Assembly: GCA_049967855.1 (NCBI GenBank)
Contig: JBMFRX010000001.1
Location: forward strand, 118,111-182,110
Reading direction: 5' to 3'
Source: Caldisericaceae bacterium
GTDB taxonomy: Bacteria; Caldisericota; Caldisericia; Caldisericales; Caldisericaceae
Length of the DNA: 64,000 nt
Position numbers and translations under genes: made by a program. Positions 39,778-50,501 of this stretch are shown here, in pieces (within the stretch, counting starts at the first letter, position 1; every line of letters starts with the position of its first letter). The notes beneath the pieces are model-generated. The model saw nothing but the letters and a program-made list of their open reading frames with translations, did not search any database and was not told the origin of the DNA.

Positions 39778-40715
39778 TGAGGAAAGAATTTGCTTTGAAT
39801 ATTGATGCTCCCAACGAGTATGATTTCATTAACGGCAGGATAAGAGTCCTCGAGTCTTATCTGTTCTCTTTAGATGAGCTAAACCGTATCTCTACGCTCA
39901 ATTATGATGATATCCTGAAGGAATTGGAGACTTCTCCCTACGGCAAATTCATTAAGTCTGGCGAGGTAAATGAAGTTGCTGCAGGACTATCGTCGAGATA
40001 CAAAGATGAAGTGAAAGAACTATCAAAGTATGTAGCTCCAGGTTTCATAAATGTGTTTGGTAACAGTAAAGAACTTTTCCTCAAGCTAAAGCGCTGGGGA
40101 CTCTCAGAGCAAACAAACATAAGCGTCGAAGACAAGCTTTTGTTTGACTTTGTGCACACAGGAAGAGGAGATTTCCCCTTGATTTTGAGAGAATTCTTTG
40201 GTGCGATTGAAGATCATAAAGAGTCTCCATTCATAGTTTCTGTGCTCACTGATGTTTATCACTTGAGTTATCTTGACGAATTTGCCAGGAAAACAAAAAG
40301 TGAATTTATCATTAATTATTTTGAGGAATACGTTGAAATTTATTCTTTAGTTCTAGTGAGCCGTGCTTCTGAGCTTTTAAGATTGAAGGCTATAACGGAG
40401 AAAGATTTCAGCCTCTTATTGAAGGCTATTTCAGAAAAATTCCTGAAGTATGGGTTTGCTAGTAAGTTGAAAGAAATCAAAACATACGATGACTTTGTAG
40501 TTTTCTCGAAAGCTCAAAGAGAACTCTATGGAGAAATAGATCAGCAAAATCTTGAAACTGTAGTCAGGGAGAAGCTGTTTGCGTTAATCGAAAAAGGCAG
40601 GTTTGTTTTGGAAGGAATTGAACCAGTTTTTGCATACCTTGAGCGTCTGAATTTCGAGCTTGAGTTCCTTACAAACAGTGTCTACACTGCCTATGGAAGA
40701 GTAAAGGAAATGTAA
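39777..40715 (+). CDS. atpC: V/A-type ATP synthase subunit C
   Basis: Y.FINGRIRVLE, L..SPY, GIEPVFAYL; operon position. Confidence 0.8.
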   Translation: MRKEFALNIDAPNEYDFINGRIRVLESYLFSLDELNRISTLNYDDILKELETSPYGKFIKSGEVNEVAAGLSSRYKDEVKELSKYVAPGFINVFGNSKELFLKLKRWGLSEQTNISVEDKLLFDFVHTGRGDFPLILREFFGAIEDHKESPFIVSVLTDVYHLSYLDEFARKTKSEFIINYFEEYVEIYSLVLVSRASELLRLKAITEKDFSLLLKAISEKFLKYGFASKLKEIKTYDDFVVFSKAQRELYGEIDQQNLETVVREKLFALIEKGRFVLEGIEPVFAYLERLNFELEFLTNSVYTAYGRVKEM

Positions 40716-40720
40716 AATAT

Positions 40721-41041
40721 ATGAGCAAAATTGCATTTGTAGGTGAAAATAGATTAGGTTTATTCTTGAATAGCTTCGATGTCAAAATTTTCCCTGTTCA
40801 GGATGGAGATGAGGCACTAGAGAAAATTATCGAGCTTTCCAAGACCCGTGAATTTGTGCTTATCATAACAAGTGAAGAATACAGTGATTCCCTTAGAGAC
40901 TTTCTCACAGAAAGGAAAGACATCTCACCTGTAATTTTTATGTTACCTTCAGGCACTCATAAGGGTGAAAGTATTTCTAACATAAGGGATGTTGTTGAAA
41001 AAGCAGTCGGAATAGACATTCTTTCAAAGAATAAGCAGTAA
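40721..41041 (+). CDS. atpF: V/A-type ATP synthase subunit F
   Basis: KIAFVG start, VEKAVGIDI end. Confidence 0.88.
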   Translation: MSKIAFVGENRLGLFLNSFDVKIFPVQDGDEALEKIIELSKTREFVLIITSEEYSDSLRDFLTERKDISPVIFMLPSGTHKGESISNIRDVVEKAVGIDILSKNKQ

Positions 41042-41053
41042 GGAGAGTGACTT

Positions 41054-42829
41054 ATGGAAGATCGTTCTGGAACAATAGTAAAGGTGTCAGGGCCACTTGT
41101 GGTTGCGCAAGGGATACCTGGCGCAAGAATGTACGAAATGGTTTTCGTTGGAGTGAAGAGGCTTTTTGGCGAGATAATTGAAATAAAAGGCGATAATGCT
41201 TCAATACAGGTGTATGAAGATACAAGTGGAGTAGGTCCAGGTGAGCCTGTTTATTCAACTGGAACGCCTTTAAGCGTTGAACTTGGACCTGGCTTGATTG
41301 GTTCAATATATGATGGGATTCAGAGGCCGCTTGATGTCCTTATGTCTAAGTACGGCAATTTCGTTGCAAGAGGTCTTTTTGAACCGGCTCTAAAAAGAGA
41401 TAAGAAATGGGTTTTTAATCCTGAAGTCAAAGTTGGCGATAAGCTTGCTGGTGGAGACATAATAGGTACTGTTGATGAAACTCCTTTAATCAAGCATAGA
41501 GTTCTGTTACCTCCAGATGTTGAAGGGACGGTGACTTTTGTTGCAGAGAGTGGAGAGTATACGGTTGACGAGATTGTGGCACGGATTAAATCTTCAGCTT
41601 CTGAAGTTGATGTAAAGCTTTATCAGAAATGGCCTGTTAGAACTCCTCGACCTGTAAAAGAGCGTCTTGCTCCTTATGAACTTCTCACGACAGGGCAGAG
41701 AGTTATTGACTCCTTTTTTCCTATCGCAAAAGGGGGTACTGCCTGTATCCCTGGGCCTTTTGGCAGCGGAAAGACAGTGGTCCAGCACCAACTTTCTAAA
41801 TGGGCTGATGCAGATATTATAGTTTTTATTGGTTGCGGAGAGCGCGGAAATGAGATGACAGATGTTCTAATGGAATTCCCTGAACTCAAAGATCCAAGAA
41901 CAGGTCGGCCTTTAATGGAAAGGACTATCCTCATCGCAAATACTTCGAATATGCCAGTAGCTGCAAGGGAAGCTTCTGTATTTACTGGCATAACTATTGC
42001 TGAATACTACAGGGATATGGGTTATAACGTGGCATTAATGGCAGACTCTACATCGCGTTGGGCGGAAGCAATGAGGGAAATGTCAGGACGACTTGAGGAA
42101 ATGCCTGGAGAAGAAGGTTACCCTGCTTACCTTGCATCTCGCGTGGCTTCATTCTACGAAAGGGCTGGAAGAGTTGTTACGTTGGGAAGCAAGGCGAGGG
42201 AATCAAGTCTAAGTGTTATTGGAGCAGTGTCTCCTCCTGGAGGAGATTTGTCTGACCCAGTTGTGCAGGCAACTCTTCGCACGGTAAGAGTTTTTTGGTC
42301 TCTTGATGCTTCTCTTGCATATGCTCGCCATTTCCCTGCAATTAACTGGTTAAGGAGCTATTCACTTTACGCCGATTCGCTTGTTGATTTCTACAGAGAA
42401 GCAATGGGAAAGGATTGGGTCTCAATAAGAGTGAAGGCTATGAATACTCTGAGGAAGGAGGCTGAGCTTCAAGAGATGGTGAGGCTTGTCGGAATCGATG
42501 CATTATCAGCATCAGATAGGCTTGTAATGGAAACAGCCCGTTCAATAAGAGAAGACTTTCTCCAGCAGAATGCATTCCTTCCTGAGGATACGTACTCTTC
42601 TCTTAAGAAACAGTATAAAATGATGAAAATGATTGACTTGTTTGATATACTTGCTCATGAAAGCCTGGTAAAGGGAGTGGAACTTGATAAGATAATATCT
42701 CTGCCAGTTAGAGTTGACATATCCAGAGCAAAAGTCATCCCAGAGGAAGACTTGCAAAAATTTGATGAGATTGATGAAAAGATAAGAAAGTCTTTTGAGC
42801 AATTGGTTAGCGAGGTGGAAAATGGGTAA
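41054..42829 (+). CDS. atpA: V/A-type ATP synthase subunit A (catalytic)
   Basis: [44 protein letters not shown]; no intein. Confidence 0.97.
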   Translation: MEDRSGTIVKVSGPLVVAQGIPGARMYEMVFVGVKRLFGEIIEIKGDNASIQVYEDTSGVGPGEPVYSTGTPLSVELGPGLIGSIYDGIQRPLDVLMSKYGNFVARGLFEPALKRDKKWVFNPEVKVGDKLAGGDIIGTVDETPLIKHRVLLPPDVEGTVTFVAESGEYTVDEIVARIKSSASEVDVKLYQKWPVRTPRPVKERLAPYELLTTGQRVIDSFFPIAKGGTACIPGPFGSGKTVVQHQLSKWADADIIVFIGCGERGNEMTDVLMEFPELKDPRTGRPLMERTILIANTSNMPVAAREASVFTGITIAEYYRDMGYNVALMADSTSRWAEAMREMSGRLEEMPGEEGYPAYLASRVASFYERAGRVVTLGSKARESSLSVIGAVSPPGGDLSDPVVQATLRTVRVFWSLDASLAYARHFPAINWLRSYSLYADSLVDFYREAMGKDWVSIRVKAMNTLRKEAELQEMVRLVGIDALSASDRLVMETARSIREDFLQQNAFLPEDTYSSLKKQYKMMKMIDLFDILAHESLVKGVELDKIISLPVRVDISRAKVIPEEDLQKFDEIDEKIRKSFEQLVSEVENG

Positions 42830-44225
42830 AGAATATATTACGACGCGAGAGATTGCTGGGCCTCTTATTGTTGTAGACCATGTGGAAAAAGCTTCCTACA
42901 ATGAAATCGTAGAGATAAAAACCAGTGACGGTTCAATAAAAAGAGGGCAGGTGCTTGAAGTCGACCATGATAGGGCGCTTGTGCAGGTCTTTGAAGGAAC
43001 TTCAGGATTAAACCTCGGCCAGACTAAAGTAAGATTCCTTGGTAGAGGTGTTGAAGTTGGTGTTTCCCCTTCAATACTTGGAAGGATTTTTGATGGTTCG
43101 GGAGCCCCTATTGATGGCATACCGCCAGTTATTGCAGATAAGAAACTTGACATAAATGGCAGCCCCTTGAATCCCTACGCACGTGATTATCCATCTGAGT
43201 TCATTCAAACAGGCATATCTTCTATTGATGGCTTAAACACGCTTGTTAGAGGCCAGAAGTTGCCTATATTCTCTGGTTCTGGATTACCACACGAAAAGGT
43301 TGCTGCTCAAATAGCACGTCAGGCAAAGGTGCTTGGTGCCGAAGAGAAGTTTGCTGTCATATTTGTAGCAATGGGTATTAACTTTGAAGAGGCTAACTTT
43401 TTTATCCAGAGTTTTAAAGAATCAGGAGCTCTTGAAAGATCTGTAATGTTCTTAAATCTGGGAGATGATCCTGTTATAGAAAGGATTGCCACCCCGCGAT
43501 ATGGGTTGACAGTTGCTGAATACCTTGCTTTCGAACTTGGTATGCAAGTGCTTGTTATAATGACCGATATGACAAACTATTGCGAGGCCCTTAGAGAGAT
43601 TTCTGCTGCAAGAAAAGAAGTACCAGGTAGAAGAGGTTATCCTGGATATATGTACACGGATCTTGCAACAATCTACGAGAGAGCAGGCAGGATAAAAGGG
43701 AAAACTGGTTCAATTACACAGATACCCATCTTAACAATGCCTGAGGATGACAAGACTCACCCGATTCCAGACCTTACTGGCTACATCACTGAAGGGCAGA
43801 TTTTCTTAAGCAGGACTCTCAATCAACAGGGTATATATCCTCCAATTGATGTTATGCCTTCACTATCAAGGCTAAAAGACAAAGGTATCGGTAAAGGCAA
43901 AACAAGAGAAGACCACGCCGATGTTTTGAATCAGCTGTTTGCTGCTTACGCAAGAGGGAGAGAGTCCAGAGAACTTGCGACTGTTTTGGGAGAAAGTGCT
44001 CTAACTGAGACTGACCTTCTTTTTGTTAAGTTTGCCGACGAATTTGAAGATAAGTTTGTCAGGCAGGATGTCAACGAGGACCGTACAATTGAAGAGACTC
44101 TTGATATCGGGTGGAAGCTTCTTACGATACTTCCTAAAGAAGAGCTCAAGCGTGTAAGGCCAGCTTTCATTGAGAAATATCTTGAGAAATTTGTAAAAAA
44201 AGAAGGTGAAGTGAGTGCTACTTAG
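42822..44225 (+). CDS. atpB: V/A-type ATP synthase subunit B
   Basis: [48 protein letters not shown]. Start ATG 42822. Confidence 0.97.
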   Translation: MGKEYITTREIAGPLIVVDHVEKASYNEIVEIKTSDGSIKRGQVLEVDHDRALVQVFEGTSGLNLGQTKVRFLGRGVEVGVSPSILGRIFDGSGAPIDGIPPVIADKKLDINGSPLNPYARDYPSEFIQTGISSIDGLNTLVRGQKLPIFSGSGLPHEKVAAQIARQAKVLGAEEKFAVIFVAMGINFEEANFFIQSFKESGALERSVMFLNLGDDPVIERIATPRYGLTVAEYLAFELGMQVLVIMTDMTNYCEALREISAARKEVPGRRGYPGYMYTDLATIYERAGRIKGKTGSITQIPILTMPEDDKTHPIPDLTGYITEGQIFLSRTLNQQGIYPPIDVMPSLSRLKDKGIGKGKTREDHADVLNQLFAAYARGRESRELATVLGESALTETDLLFVKFADEFEDKFVRQDVNEDRTIEETLDIGWKLLTILPKEELKRVRPAFIEKYLEKFVKKEGEVSAT

Positions 44226-44835
44226 TGTCAATCCCACAAGAATGGAGCTTCTCAGGTTACGTGAGAGGCTCGTACTCGCTGAAAAAGGGCATAAACTACT
44301 CAAAGATAAACTTGAAGGATTGATGAGAAACTTTATAGAAGTTTCGACGAGTTTCGTTGAGAAGAGAGCTAAATTTGACCAGGCGTTTAATGAAATTCGG
44401 AAAAAATATTATGCTTCTGTTTCTTCTTATGATGACGATGAACTTGAGGAGATGTTTTTTGGAAGCAATATGGATGTAAATATCTCTTCAAGAACTGCTT
44501 CGATAATGAATGTCAAATACCCGATTTTTTCAATTGATTATTCTGGATGTCCTTTTGCATATCCTCTTACTTTTACGCGTTCAGAACTTGACTCAGTTTT
44601 TCTGGAATTCTTGAAGTTGTTGCCTTCAATTGCGGAACTTGCCTCTTTACAGCAAGAAATATATTTAACTGCAATGGAAATTGCAAAAATCAGAAGAAGA
44701 GTGAATGCTCTTGAGTATGTGATGATACCTAACCTTGAGGAAACAATTAAGTACATCAACCAGAAACTCGAAGAGATGGACAGAGAAAACATTGCAAGAC
44801 TCTTGAAGATCAAGGACATAATTAGAAACCATTAA
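44215..44835 (+). CDS. atpD: V/A-type ATP synthase subunit D
   Basis: [25 protein letters not shown]. Confidence 0.95.
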   Translation: MLLSVNPTRMELLRLRERLVLAEKGHKLLKDKLEGLMRNFIEVSTSFVEKRAKFDQAFNEIRKKYYASVSSYDDDELEEMFFGSNMDVNISSRTASIMNVKYPIFSIDYSGCPFAYPLTFTRSELDSVFLEFLKLLPSIAELASLQQEIYLTAMEIAKIRRRVNALEYVMIPNLEETIKYINQKLEEMDRENIARLLKIKDIIRNH

Positions 44836-44838
44836 CTT

Positions 44839-45360
44839 ATGGCTAAAGTCATTAGTATTGAAAAGATTTTTCAGGGCAAGTTACTATCTGTCTATAAGAA
44901 AATTGTCGAGAATGAAGATAAATCGAATTGGGAAAGGGAGACTGTCGGATACGGTGGAGCTGCGTCTGCCGTTGTTGCAGAATACAACAATGCTATAATC
45001 CTTGTATCGCAATTCAGGCCTACTGCCCAGAAATACTTCCTTGAATTGCCTGCAGGGAGAATAGAGGAGGGAGAGTCTCCTTTCGACTGTGCAAAAAGAG
45101 AACTTGAGGAAGAAACTGGACTTGTTGCTCATAATTTACGGCAGATAGCTCGGTTTTATCCTTCGCCTGGTTTTGTAGAGGAAGAAATATACCTTTTCTT
45201 TGCAGATGAATTTGTCAATGGCAGAGTTCATCTGGATAAAGGAGAGGAACTGGATGTGTTCCTTTTGCCTACTGACAAGGTCGATGAATACATAAATTCA
45301 AAGATTGATGATGCTAAAACTCTCATTGGGTTGCTTATGTGGAGGATGATGAAAGAGTGA
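44839..45360 (+). CDS. nudF: NUDIX hydrolase (ADP-ribose pyrophosphatase-like)
   Basis: [14 protein letters not shown]....[11 protein letters not shown]udix box, SPG, DAKT. Confidence 0.88.
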   Translation: MAKVISIEKIFQGKLLSVYKKIVENEDKSNWERETVGYGGAASAVVAEYNNAIILVSQFRPTAQKYFLELPAGRIEEGESPFDCAKRELEEETGLVAHNLRQIARFYPSPGFVEEEIYLFFADEFVNGRVHLDKGEELDVFLLPTDKVDEYINSKIDDAKTLIGLLMWRMMKE

Positions 45361-46265
45361 GTGCAAACTTAGAACTGAAAACATTAGAGTATTCTTTTTT
45401 CAAAGAGCTTTCTAGCAACAAGAAATTGTCTTCGAACACCAAACTTGCTTACAAGAGCGATATACAGAAATTCGTTAGCTTTATTGAGCAGAAGGGGATT
45501 GTATATCTACAAGACTTAGATGAGGCTGTACTTATGAAGTATTTTGGGCAAAAGAGCTTTCTAAATTCTCAGAGTACTTTCAGAAGAAATATTTCTTCTG
45601 TCAGATATTTTTTGAGGTTTGCTAGACAAAAGTCAGGAATTGACCTTTTGGTTTTAGTAAAAGGAATACATTCAGCAAAGGTTGCAAAGAAGCCTCGGCA
45701 AATAATTTCACCGTCTGAAATAAAAGGATTACTTGAAAATATGCCAGAGGAAAGTTTCATCTCAAAAAGGAATAAACTTATTATGCTTATGATTTATACG
45801 ACTGGCATTCAAGCATCAGAACTTTGCAATCTCAGGCTTTCTGATGTAAACTTGCAAGAGAAGTGTATAATTGTGGGTGGCAAAGCCAAAAGAAAGATTA
45901 TCTTCAGCGAGCTTCTTCATTCATATTTATCAGACTACATAATTGAAAGGGCTGCAATGCTTCCACAAAACCAAGCGATTGAAAACAACGTGTTTTTTCT
46001 AAGCAACACTTTTTCTAAGCTTACACGGCAAAGTATTTACCTTATCGTAAAGAAGTATTCAGAAAAAGTTGGCCAACGTGTTTCTCCAAGGACTCTCCGT
46101 AACTCTGTGCTTGCTCATTTGATTGAGGATGGAGCAGATGAAGAGGTCTTAAAGCAGGCGTTTGGATATAAAAGCAATGTGCCTGACCGTTCTGACTTCA
46201 TTTCAGGCGAAACTGGTGGAAGCTCTGCTTATCTTTCATCGAATCCCATTCTGAGGAAAAAGTAG
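45357..46265 (+). CDS. XerD-like tyrosine recombinase-family protein with degenerate catalytic residues
   Basis: SAM-like N-terminus (S.NT..AY.SDI, R.ISS.R.F..F), RN...YTTG..SEL.L.L.D, LTRQ, SP.TLR.S, GAD; follows nudF. Confidence 0.8.
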   Translation: MSANLELKTLEYSFFKELSSNKKLSSNTKLAYKSDIQKFVSFIEQKGIVYLQDLDEAVLMKYFGQKSFLNSQSTFRRNISSVRYFLRFARQKSGIDLLVLVKGIHSAKVAKKPRQIISPSEIKGLLENMPEESFISKRNKLIMLMIYTTGIQASELCNLRLSDVNLQEKCIIVGGKAKRKIIFSELLHSYLSDYIIERAAMLPQNQAIENNVFFLSNTFSKLTRQSIYLIVKKYSEKVGQRVSPRTLRNSVLAHLIEDGADEEVLKQAFGYKSNVPDRSDFISGETGGSSAYLSSNPILRKK

Positions 46266-46266
46266 A

Positions 46267-47127
46267 TTGACATATCTATTTTATTTGATTGCCATAAAAA
46301 TTGTTCAGTCAACTCCGAGAGCTTTCTATGAAAATCTCGGGAAATTTATAGTAACTCTGGATTATTTATTTGGAAGCAGAAAAAGAAGGGCTGTTTCGAA
46401 AAATATCGAGGCAATAACAGGTGAAACTGATGGAAAGGTCATAAGACGCCTGACTTATTCTCTCTACATAAATTTTGCATTGAACATCATTGATTATTGT
46501 AAATTTCTGAAGAGGGATGAGAATGCTTTCAGAAGAACGATTGATTTTACTGGCATCAAGGAGACTTTAACTGACTTGTCGCTCGCCAAAAAAGGAGTTA
46601 TAGTTATTGCAGCTCACCTCGGTAATTGGGAGATAGCAGGCTTTTTAGTTGGTTTTTTAGGTTTCAAACCACACGGGATAGGACTGCCGCAGACTGACCA
46701 AAAAATTGAAGGGCTTTATCAGAAAATGCGTGAGAATTGGAATCTTACTGTGCACCCTTTTAACGGCGGCGCTCTTGGTGTATATAAAGCACTGAAGCAG
46801 AATGAGATAGCATCGATAGTGAGCGACAGAGATATAAACCATGATGGTGCTATTGTTGATTTTTTTGGCAGAAAGGTTCGTTTTCCAAAAGGAGCTGCCA
46901 CCCTTGCTTACAGGACTGGTGCAAGAAGTGTTTTTGGTTATGCTATAAGAGAGAAAGGCTTGTATAGAGCTATTTTATCACCAGAAATAGTAATCGACAG
47001 AAGTAAAGGGGAGGAAAGTTTTGTCTCCGAATACGTTCAGACTTTTGCAAGTCTTCTTGAAAGTGCAGTAAAGAAATATCCCGATCAGTGGTTTCAGTTC
47101 TTTGATTACTTTGAGGAGTACAAATGA
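46267..47127 (+). CDS. Lysophospholipid acyltransferase, HtrB/PatA-like
   Basis: AHLGNWE, SDRD, VDFFG, P.GAA.LA..TGA, YPDQW. Confidence 0.85.
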   Translation: MTYLFYLIAIKIVQSTPRAFYENLGKFIVTLDYLFGSRKRRAVSKNIEAITGETDGKVIRRLTYSLYINFALNIIDYCKFLKRDENAFRRTIDFTGIKETLTDLSLAKKGVIVIAAHLGNWEIAGFLVGFLGFKPHGIGLPQTDQKIEGLYQKMRENWNLTVHPFNGGALGVYKALKQNEIASIVSDRDINHDGAIVDFFGRKVRFPKGAATLAYRTGARSVFGYAIREKGLYRAILSPEIVIDRSKGEESFVSEYVQTFASLLESAVKKYPDQWFQFFDYFEEYK

Positions 47128-47810
47128 TTATTGCAATAATCCCAGCTAAGGACGAAGCGAAGAACATTTTAAATGTTGTTGAAAGAACTCGCAACTATGT
47201 TGACCAGGTTCTTGTAATTGACGATGGTTCGCAAGATAAAACGTCAGACCTGGCAAAAAGTGCTGGAGCGCTTGTTATAAGGAATCCGCAGAATCTTGGG
47301 AAGGCAGATTCTTTGAAAATTGGCTTTGAGTTTGCTATAAAGGAGCGTGCAGATTACTTGCTTCTAATTGATGCTGATGGTCAGCATAATCCAGACGAAA
47401 TACCTCTTTTCATAAGCAAAATGGCCGAAGGATATGATATTGTGGTTGGAGCGAGAAAATTTGACCCTAAACTTATGCCAGCTTTGAGGATATTTGCTAA
47501 TACTACATCTTCGGTAATCTTATCAAAAATCTGCGGAACTAAAATACTGGACAGCCAATCTGGCTATAGGCTCCTGAGGAAAGAGGTTGTAGAGAGAATA
47601 GAGTTTACCTCAAAGAGATATCAACTTGAAACGGAAATGCTAGTTAAAGCTGCCCGTTGTGGATTCAAGATTGGTTTTGTGGAAATTGCTACCATCTATA
47701 GAGCAGAGGCGAAGAGCAAGATTAACCAGCTGATAGATCCAATCAAATTCCTTTTTATAGCTTTAAAGCTTTCAATGTACAAGTGCAAGAAAAGTGATTC
47801 AAAACTTTAA
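47124..47810 (+). CDS. GT2 glycosyltransferase (DPM1-like)
   Basis: IIPA.DE, IDDGS.D.T, N.GK, DADGQH, DSQSGYR. Confidence 0.9.
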   Translation: MIIAIIPAKDEAKNILNVVERTRNYVDQVLVIDDGSQDKTSDLAKSAGALVIRNPQNLGKADSLKIGFEFAIKERADYLLLIDADGQHNPDEIPLFISKMAEGYDIVVGARKFDPKLMPALRIFANTTSSVILSKICGTKILDSQSGYRLLRKEVVERIEFTSKRYQLETEMLVKAARCGFKIGFVEIATIYRAEAKSKINQLIDPIKFLFIALKLSMYKCKKSDSKL

Positions 47811-48972
47811 AGTGGCTGACTTTCACATCCATTCTCATTACAGTATTCCTTCAAGCAAGAATATGGGTGTTGAGAATATGTATGATTTTGCATTAAGGAG
47901 AGGCGTAAATATGCTTGGCAGCGGAGATATACTTTTTCCCAAATGGAGAAGAGAATTGGAGAGTGTTCTTGAGCGCAGTGCTTTCGGATTGTATTCTTTT
48001 AGAGAAATGACTTTTGTTCTTTCAGCCGAAGTTAATCTTGTATTCGAAAAGCTTGGGAAGAATAGAAGAGTTCATATTCTATTGGTTTTTCCAGATTTTG
48101 ATACTGTAGACGATTTTTCTAAGATCTTCAAAAACGATTTTTCTAAATCTGCTCGCCCAACCTTGCACATTGATGGAAATGATTTCGTTAGGCTTGTGAA
48201 GATGATTAGCAATGATATACACATCATTCCAGCACACATATGGACTCCCTGGTATGGATTACTTGGGAGCATTTCTGGATTTGATAGTGTGGAGGAATGT
48301 TTTGATGATGAGTCCATTAACATTACTGCTCTTGAAACGGGTTTAAGTGCTGATCCTTTGATGTGTTACTCAGTTAAGGATTTGAGAAGATTTCCCCTTG
48401 TTTCTTTTTCTGATGCTCATTCTCCTGCACGTATAGGTAGAGAAGCAGTAGTCCTTAAAGACATTGATAGCTATAAGGACATATTTGAAGCAATTCGTGG
48501 TGATAAGCGAAAGTTCGTTATGACCCTAGAGGAATTTCCAGAAAGTGGCAAGTATTTTGCTGACGGGTGCAGAAAGTGCAAATTCTCGACGCTTGATTTC
48601 AGGCAAAGCAATGCATTGTGCCCTATGTGCGGGAATCCTTTGAGAGAAGGGGTACTGCACAGAATAGAGAGCTTAAAGGACTATGTCGGTTCTGGTAAGG
48701 CTCCTGCCTTCAGCTACATTATGCCTCTTGATGAAATTATTGCTCAGTCACTTGGGAAGAGCGTTGTCGACGGAAAAGTTAAGGAAATTTATAATTTAGC
48801 CCTGGAATCTTTTTCAAATGAAATAAATGTTCTCGTTTTTGAAGAGCTTTCTTCCCTTATGAATGTTTTGCCAGAGAAGGTGGTTAGAGCAATAGGTGAT
48901 GTGAGGGAAGGCAGGGTAAGAAAAATACCAGGTTATGACGGAGTTTACGGGAAGATTATTTTGGAGGGATGA
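47794..48972 (+). CDS. Endonuclease Q-family protein (PHP domain plus zinc finger)
   Basis: DFHIHSHYS, PAHIWTPW, ETGLSADP, SDAHS, GKY...CRKC, CPMCG, GV..R, PGYDG.YG. Confidence 0.85.
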   Translation: MIQNFKVADFHIHSHYSIPSSKNMGVENMYDFALRRGVNMLGSGDILFPKWRRELESVLERSAFGLYSFREMTFVLSAEVNLVFEKLGKNRRVHILLVFPDFDTVDDFSKIFKNDFSKSARPTLHIDGNDFVRLVKMISNDIHIIPAHIWTPWYGLLGSISGFDSVEECFDDESINITALETGLSADPLMCYSVKDLRRFPLVSFSDAHSPARIGREAVVLKDIDSYKDIFEAIRGDKRKFVMTLEEFPESGKYFADGCRKCKFSTLDFRQSNALCPMCGNPLREGVLHRIESLKDYVGSGKAPAFSYIMPLDEIIAQSLGKSVVDGKVKEIYNLALESFSNEINVLVFEELSSLMNVLPEKVVRAIGDVREGRVRKIPGYDGVYGKIILEG

Positions 48973-49953
48973 ATGCAATTCAAGGAACAGCTTGTTGACC
49001 GTTTTGGTCGAAAGATAACTTACGTAAGGTTTTCGATAACCCCAAGATGTAATTTTGACTGTTTTTACTGCAGTTCAAAAAAACCGCAAGACGCTTTGGT
49101 AAAAGAATTTAATCTTGAAGATATCGATTTTTTATTCTCTGGCTTGGCTAAAGTTGGTATCAACAAATTGAGACTAACTGGAGGAGAGCCGTTAATAAGA
49201 CAAGATATAACAGAGATAGTGAGAACCGCCAGGGCAAGAGGCATTGAGGAAGTTGTATTAACTACGAATGGGTTCAGGCTTTTTGAGTTGGCTTCGCAAC
49301 TTAAAGAGGCAGGCCTTTCAAGGGCAAATATTAGCCTTGATACTCTTAGGCCTGAAGTTTTTAAAAGAATCACGGGAGTTGATGCCTTTGAAAGCGTTTA
49401 CAAGGGCATATTTAAATCTATCGAAGTTGGACTTAATCCTGTTAAAATAAATACGGTTCTCTTGAATAATGTTAACAACGATGACTTATTAGGTCTTGCT
49501 AAGCTTAGCATTGACTATCCTATAACCGTTCGTTTTATCGAGTTAATGCCCACGAAAGATAATGACTCTTTTAAGAAGCACTTTTTGGGTTTTAAAACCG
49601 CACTTTCAATGATCAATTCACAGTACGATTTGGTGAGAACCACAGGCAATGACGGGGAAGTTGCAAGCTATTATCAAATACCTAATGCAAAAGGCAAAAT
49701 TGGATTCATAACACCCGTTAGCCAGCACTTCTGCGCATATTGTAATAGAATCAGGATAACTTCAAGAGGAGAGATTTATCCGTGCCTATTTTCTCCGATA
49801 AAAGTTGACATTTTTAAAGCAGTGAGGTTGAGGGATTTGGACCTTCTCATAAGCAGAATATATGAATCTGTCGCTATAAAACCAGAGAGTCATTCCCTGA
49901 TAAGTTCAGAAAGTACTACTTCAATAAGCAATATGAGAGAACTGGGAGGCTAA
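48973..49953 (+). CDS. moaA: GTP 3',8-cyclase (radical SAM)
   Basis: DRFGR, CNFDCFYC, LTGGEP, RFIELMP, FCAYCNR.R...PCL, C-terminal GG. Confidence 0.96.
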   Translation: MQFKEQLVDRFGRKITYVRFSITPRCNFDCFYCSSKKPQDALVKEFNLEDIDFLFSGLAKVGINKLRLTGGEPLIRQDITEIVRTARARGIEEVVLTTNGFRLFELASQLKEAGLSRANISLDTLRPEVFKRITGVDAFESVYKGIFKSIEVGLNPVKINTVLLNNVNNDDLLGLAKLSIDYPITVRFIELMPTKDNDSFKKHFLGFKTALSMINSQYDLVRTTGNDGEVASYYQIPNAKGKIGFITPVSQHFCAYCNRIRITSRGEIYPCLFSPIKVDIFKAVRLRDLDLLISRIYESVAIKPESHSLISSESTTSISNMRELGG

Positions 49954-49957
49954 ATTA

Positions 49958-50428
49958 ATGAGCCAATTTGATGAATTTGGTAAAGTAAGTATGGTAAATG
50001 TAAGTGAAAAGCCTGAGACTTTTAGAACAGCTAAAGCTCAAGCGGTAGTTTTCTTACGGGAAGAAACACTTTCTAAGATTCTGAACGGTGAGGTGAAAAA
50101 AGGCGATGTTTTGAGCACAGCGAAAATCGCAGGGATTATGGCGGCAAAGAAGACTCATGAATTGATTCCGCTCTGTCATCCTCTGAACATTACATTTGTC
50201 GATGTCAAATTCACTGTATCAATGGAAAGCCGTTCAGTTAAGGTTGAAGGATATGTCGAAATGTATGGCAAGACTGGCGCTGAAATGGAAGCACTTACAT
50301 CTGTTTCAGTCGCAGCTCTGACTATTTATGATATGTGCAAATCAATTGACAGAGAGATTACAATAAGCGATGTGATGCTTCTTGAAAAAAGTGGAGGGAA
50401 AAGCGGGCATTTTGTTAGAGAAAAATAA
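49958..50428 (+). CDS. moaC: Cyclic pyranopterin monophosphate synthase
   Basis: KKGDVL, LIPLCHP, TGAEMEAL, IYDMCK, KSGGKSG. Confidence 0.96.
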   Translation: MSQFDEFGKVSMVNVSEKPETFRTAKAQAVVFLREETLSKILNGEVKKGDVLSTAKIAGIMAAKKTHELIPLCHPLNITFVDVKFTVSMESRSVKVEGYVEMYGKTGAEMEALTSVSVAALTIYDMCKSIDREITISDVMLLEKSGGKSGHFVREK

Positions 50429-50441
50429 AATCCTTTTTGAC

Positions 50442-50469
50442 TTGACAGAAATTATTTTTCCTTTATACT
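50442..50469 (+). promoter_or_regulatory. Sigma-70/A promoter of rpoB
   Basis: TTGACA-N16-TATACT; AAGGAGG SD before ATG 50502. Confidence 0.78.
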
Positions 50470-50501
50470 ATTAAATTGCGTATTTTATATAAGGAGGCTA
50501 A

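Noticed and set aside
45357..48972. Integrative element or prophage suggested by an integrase-family gene
   Set aside because: No att repeats, phage or conjugation genes; nudF/EndoQ context indicates a resident xerD-type locus.
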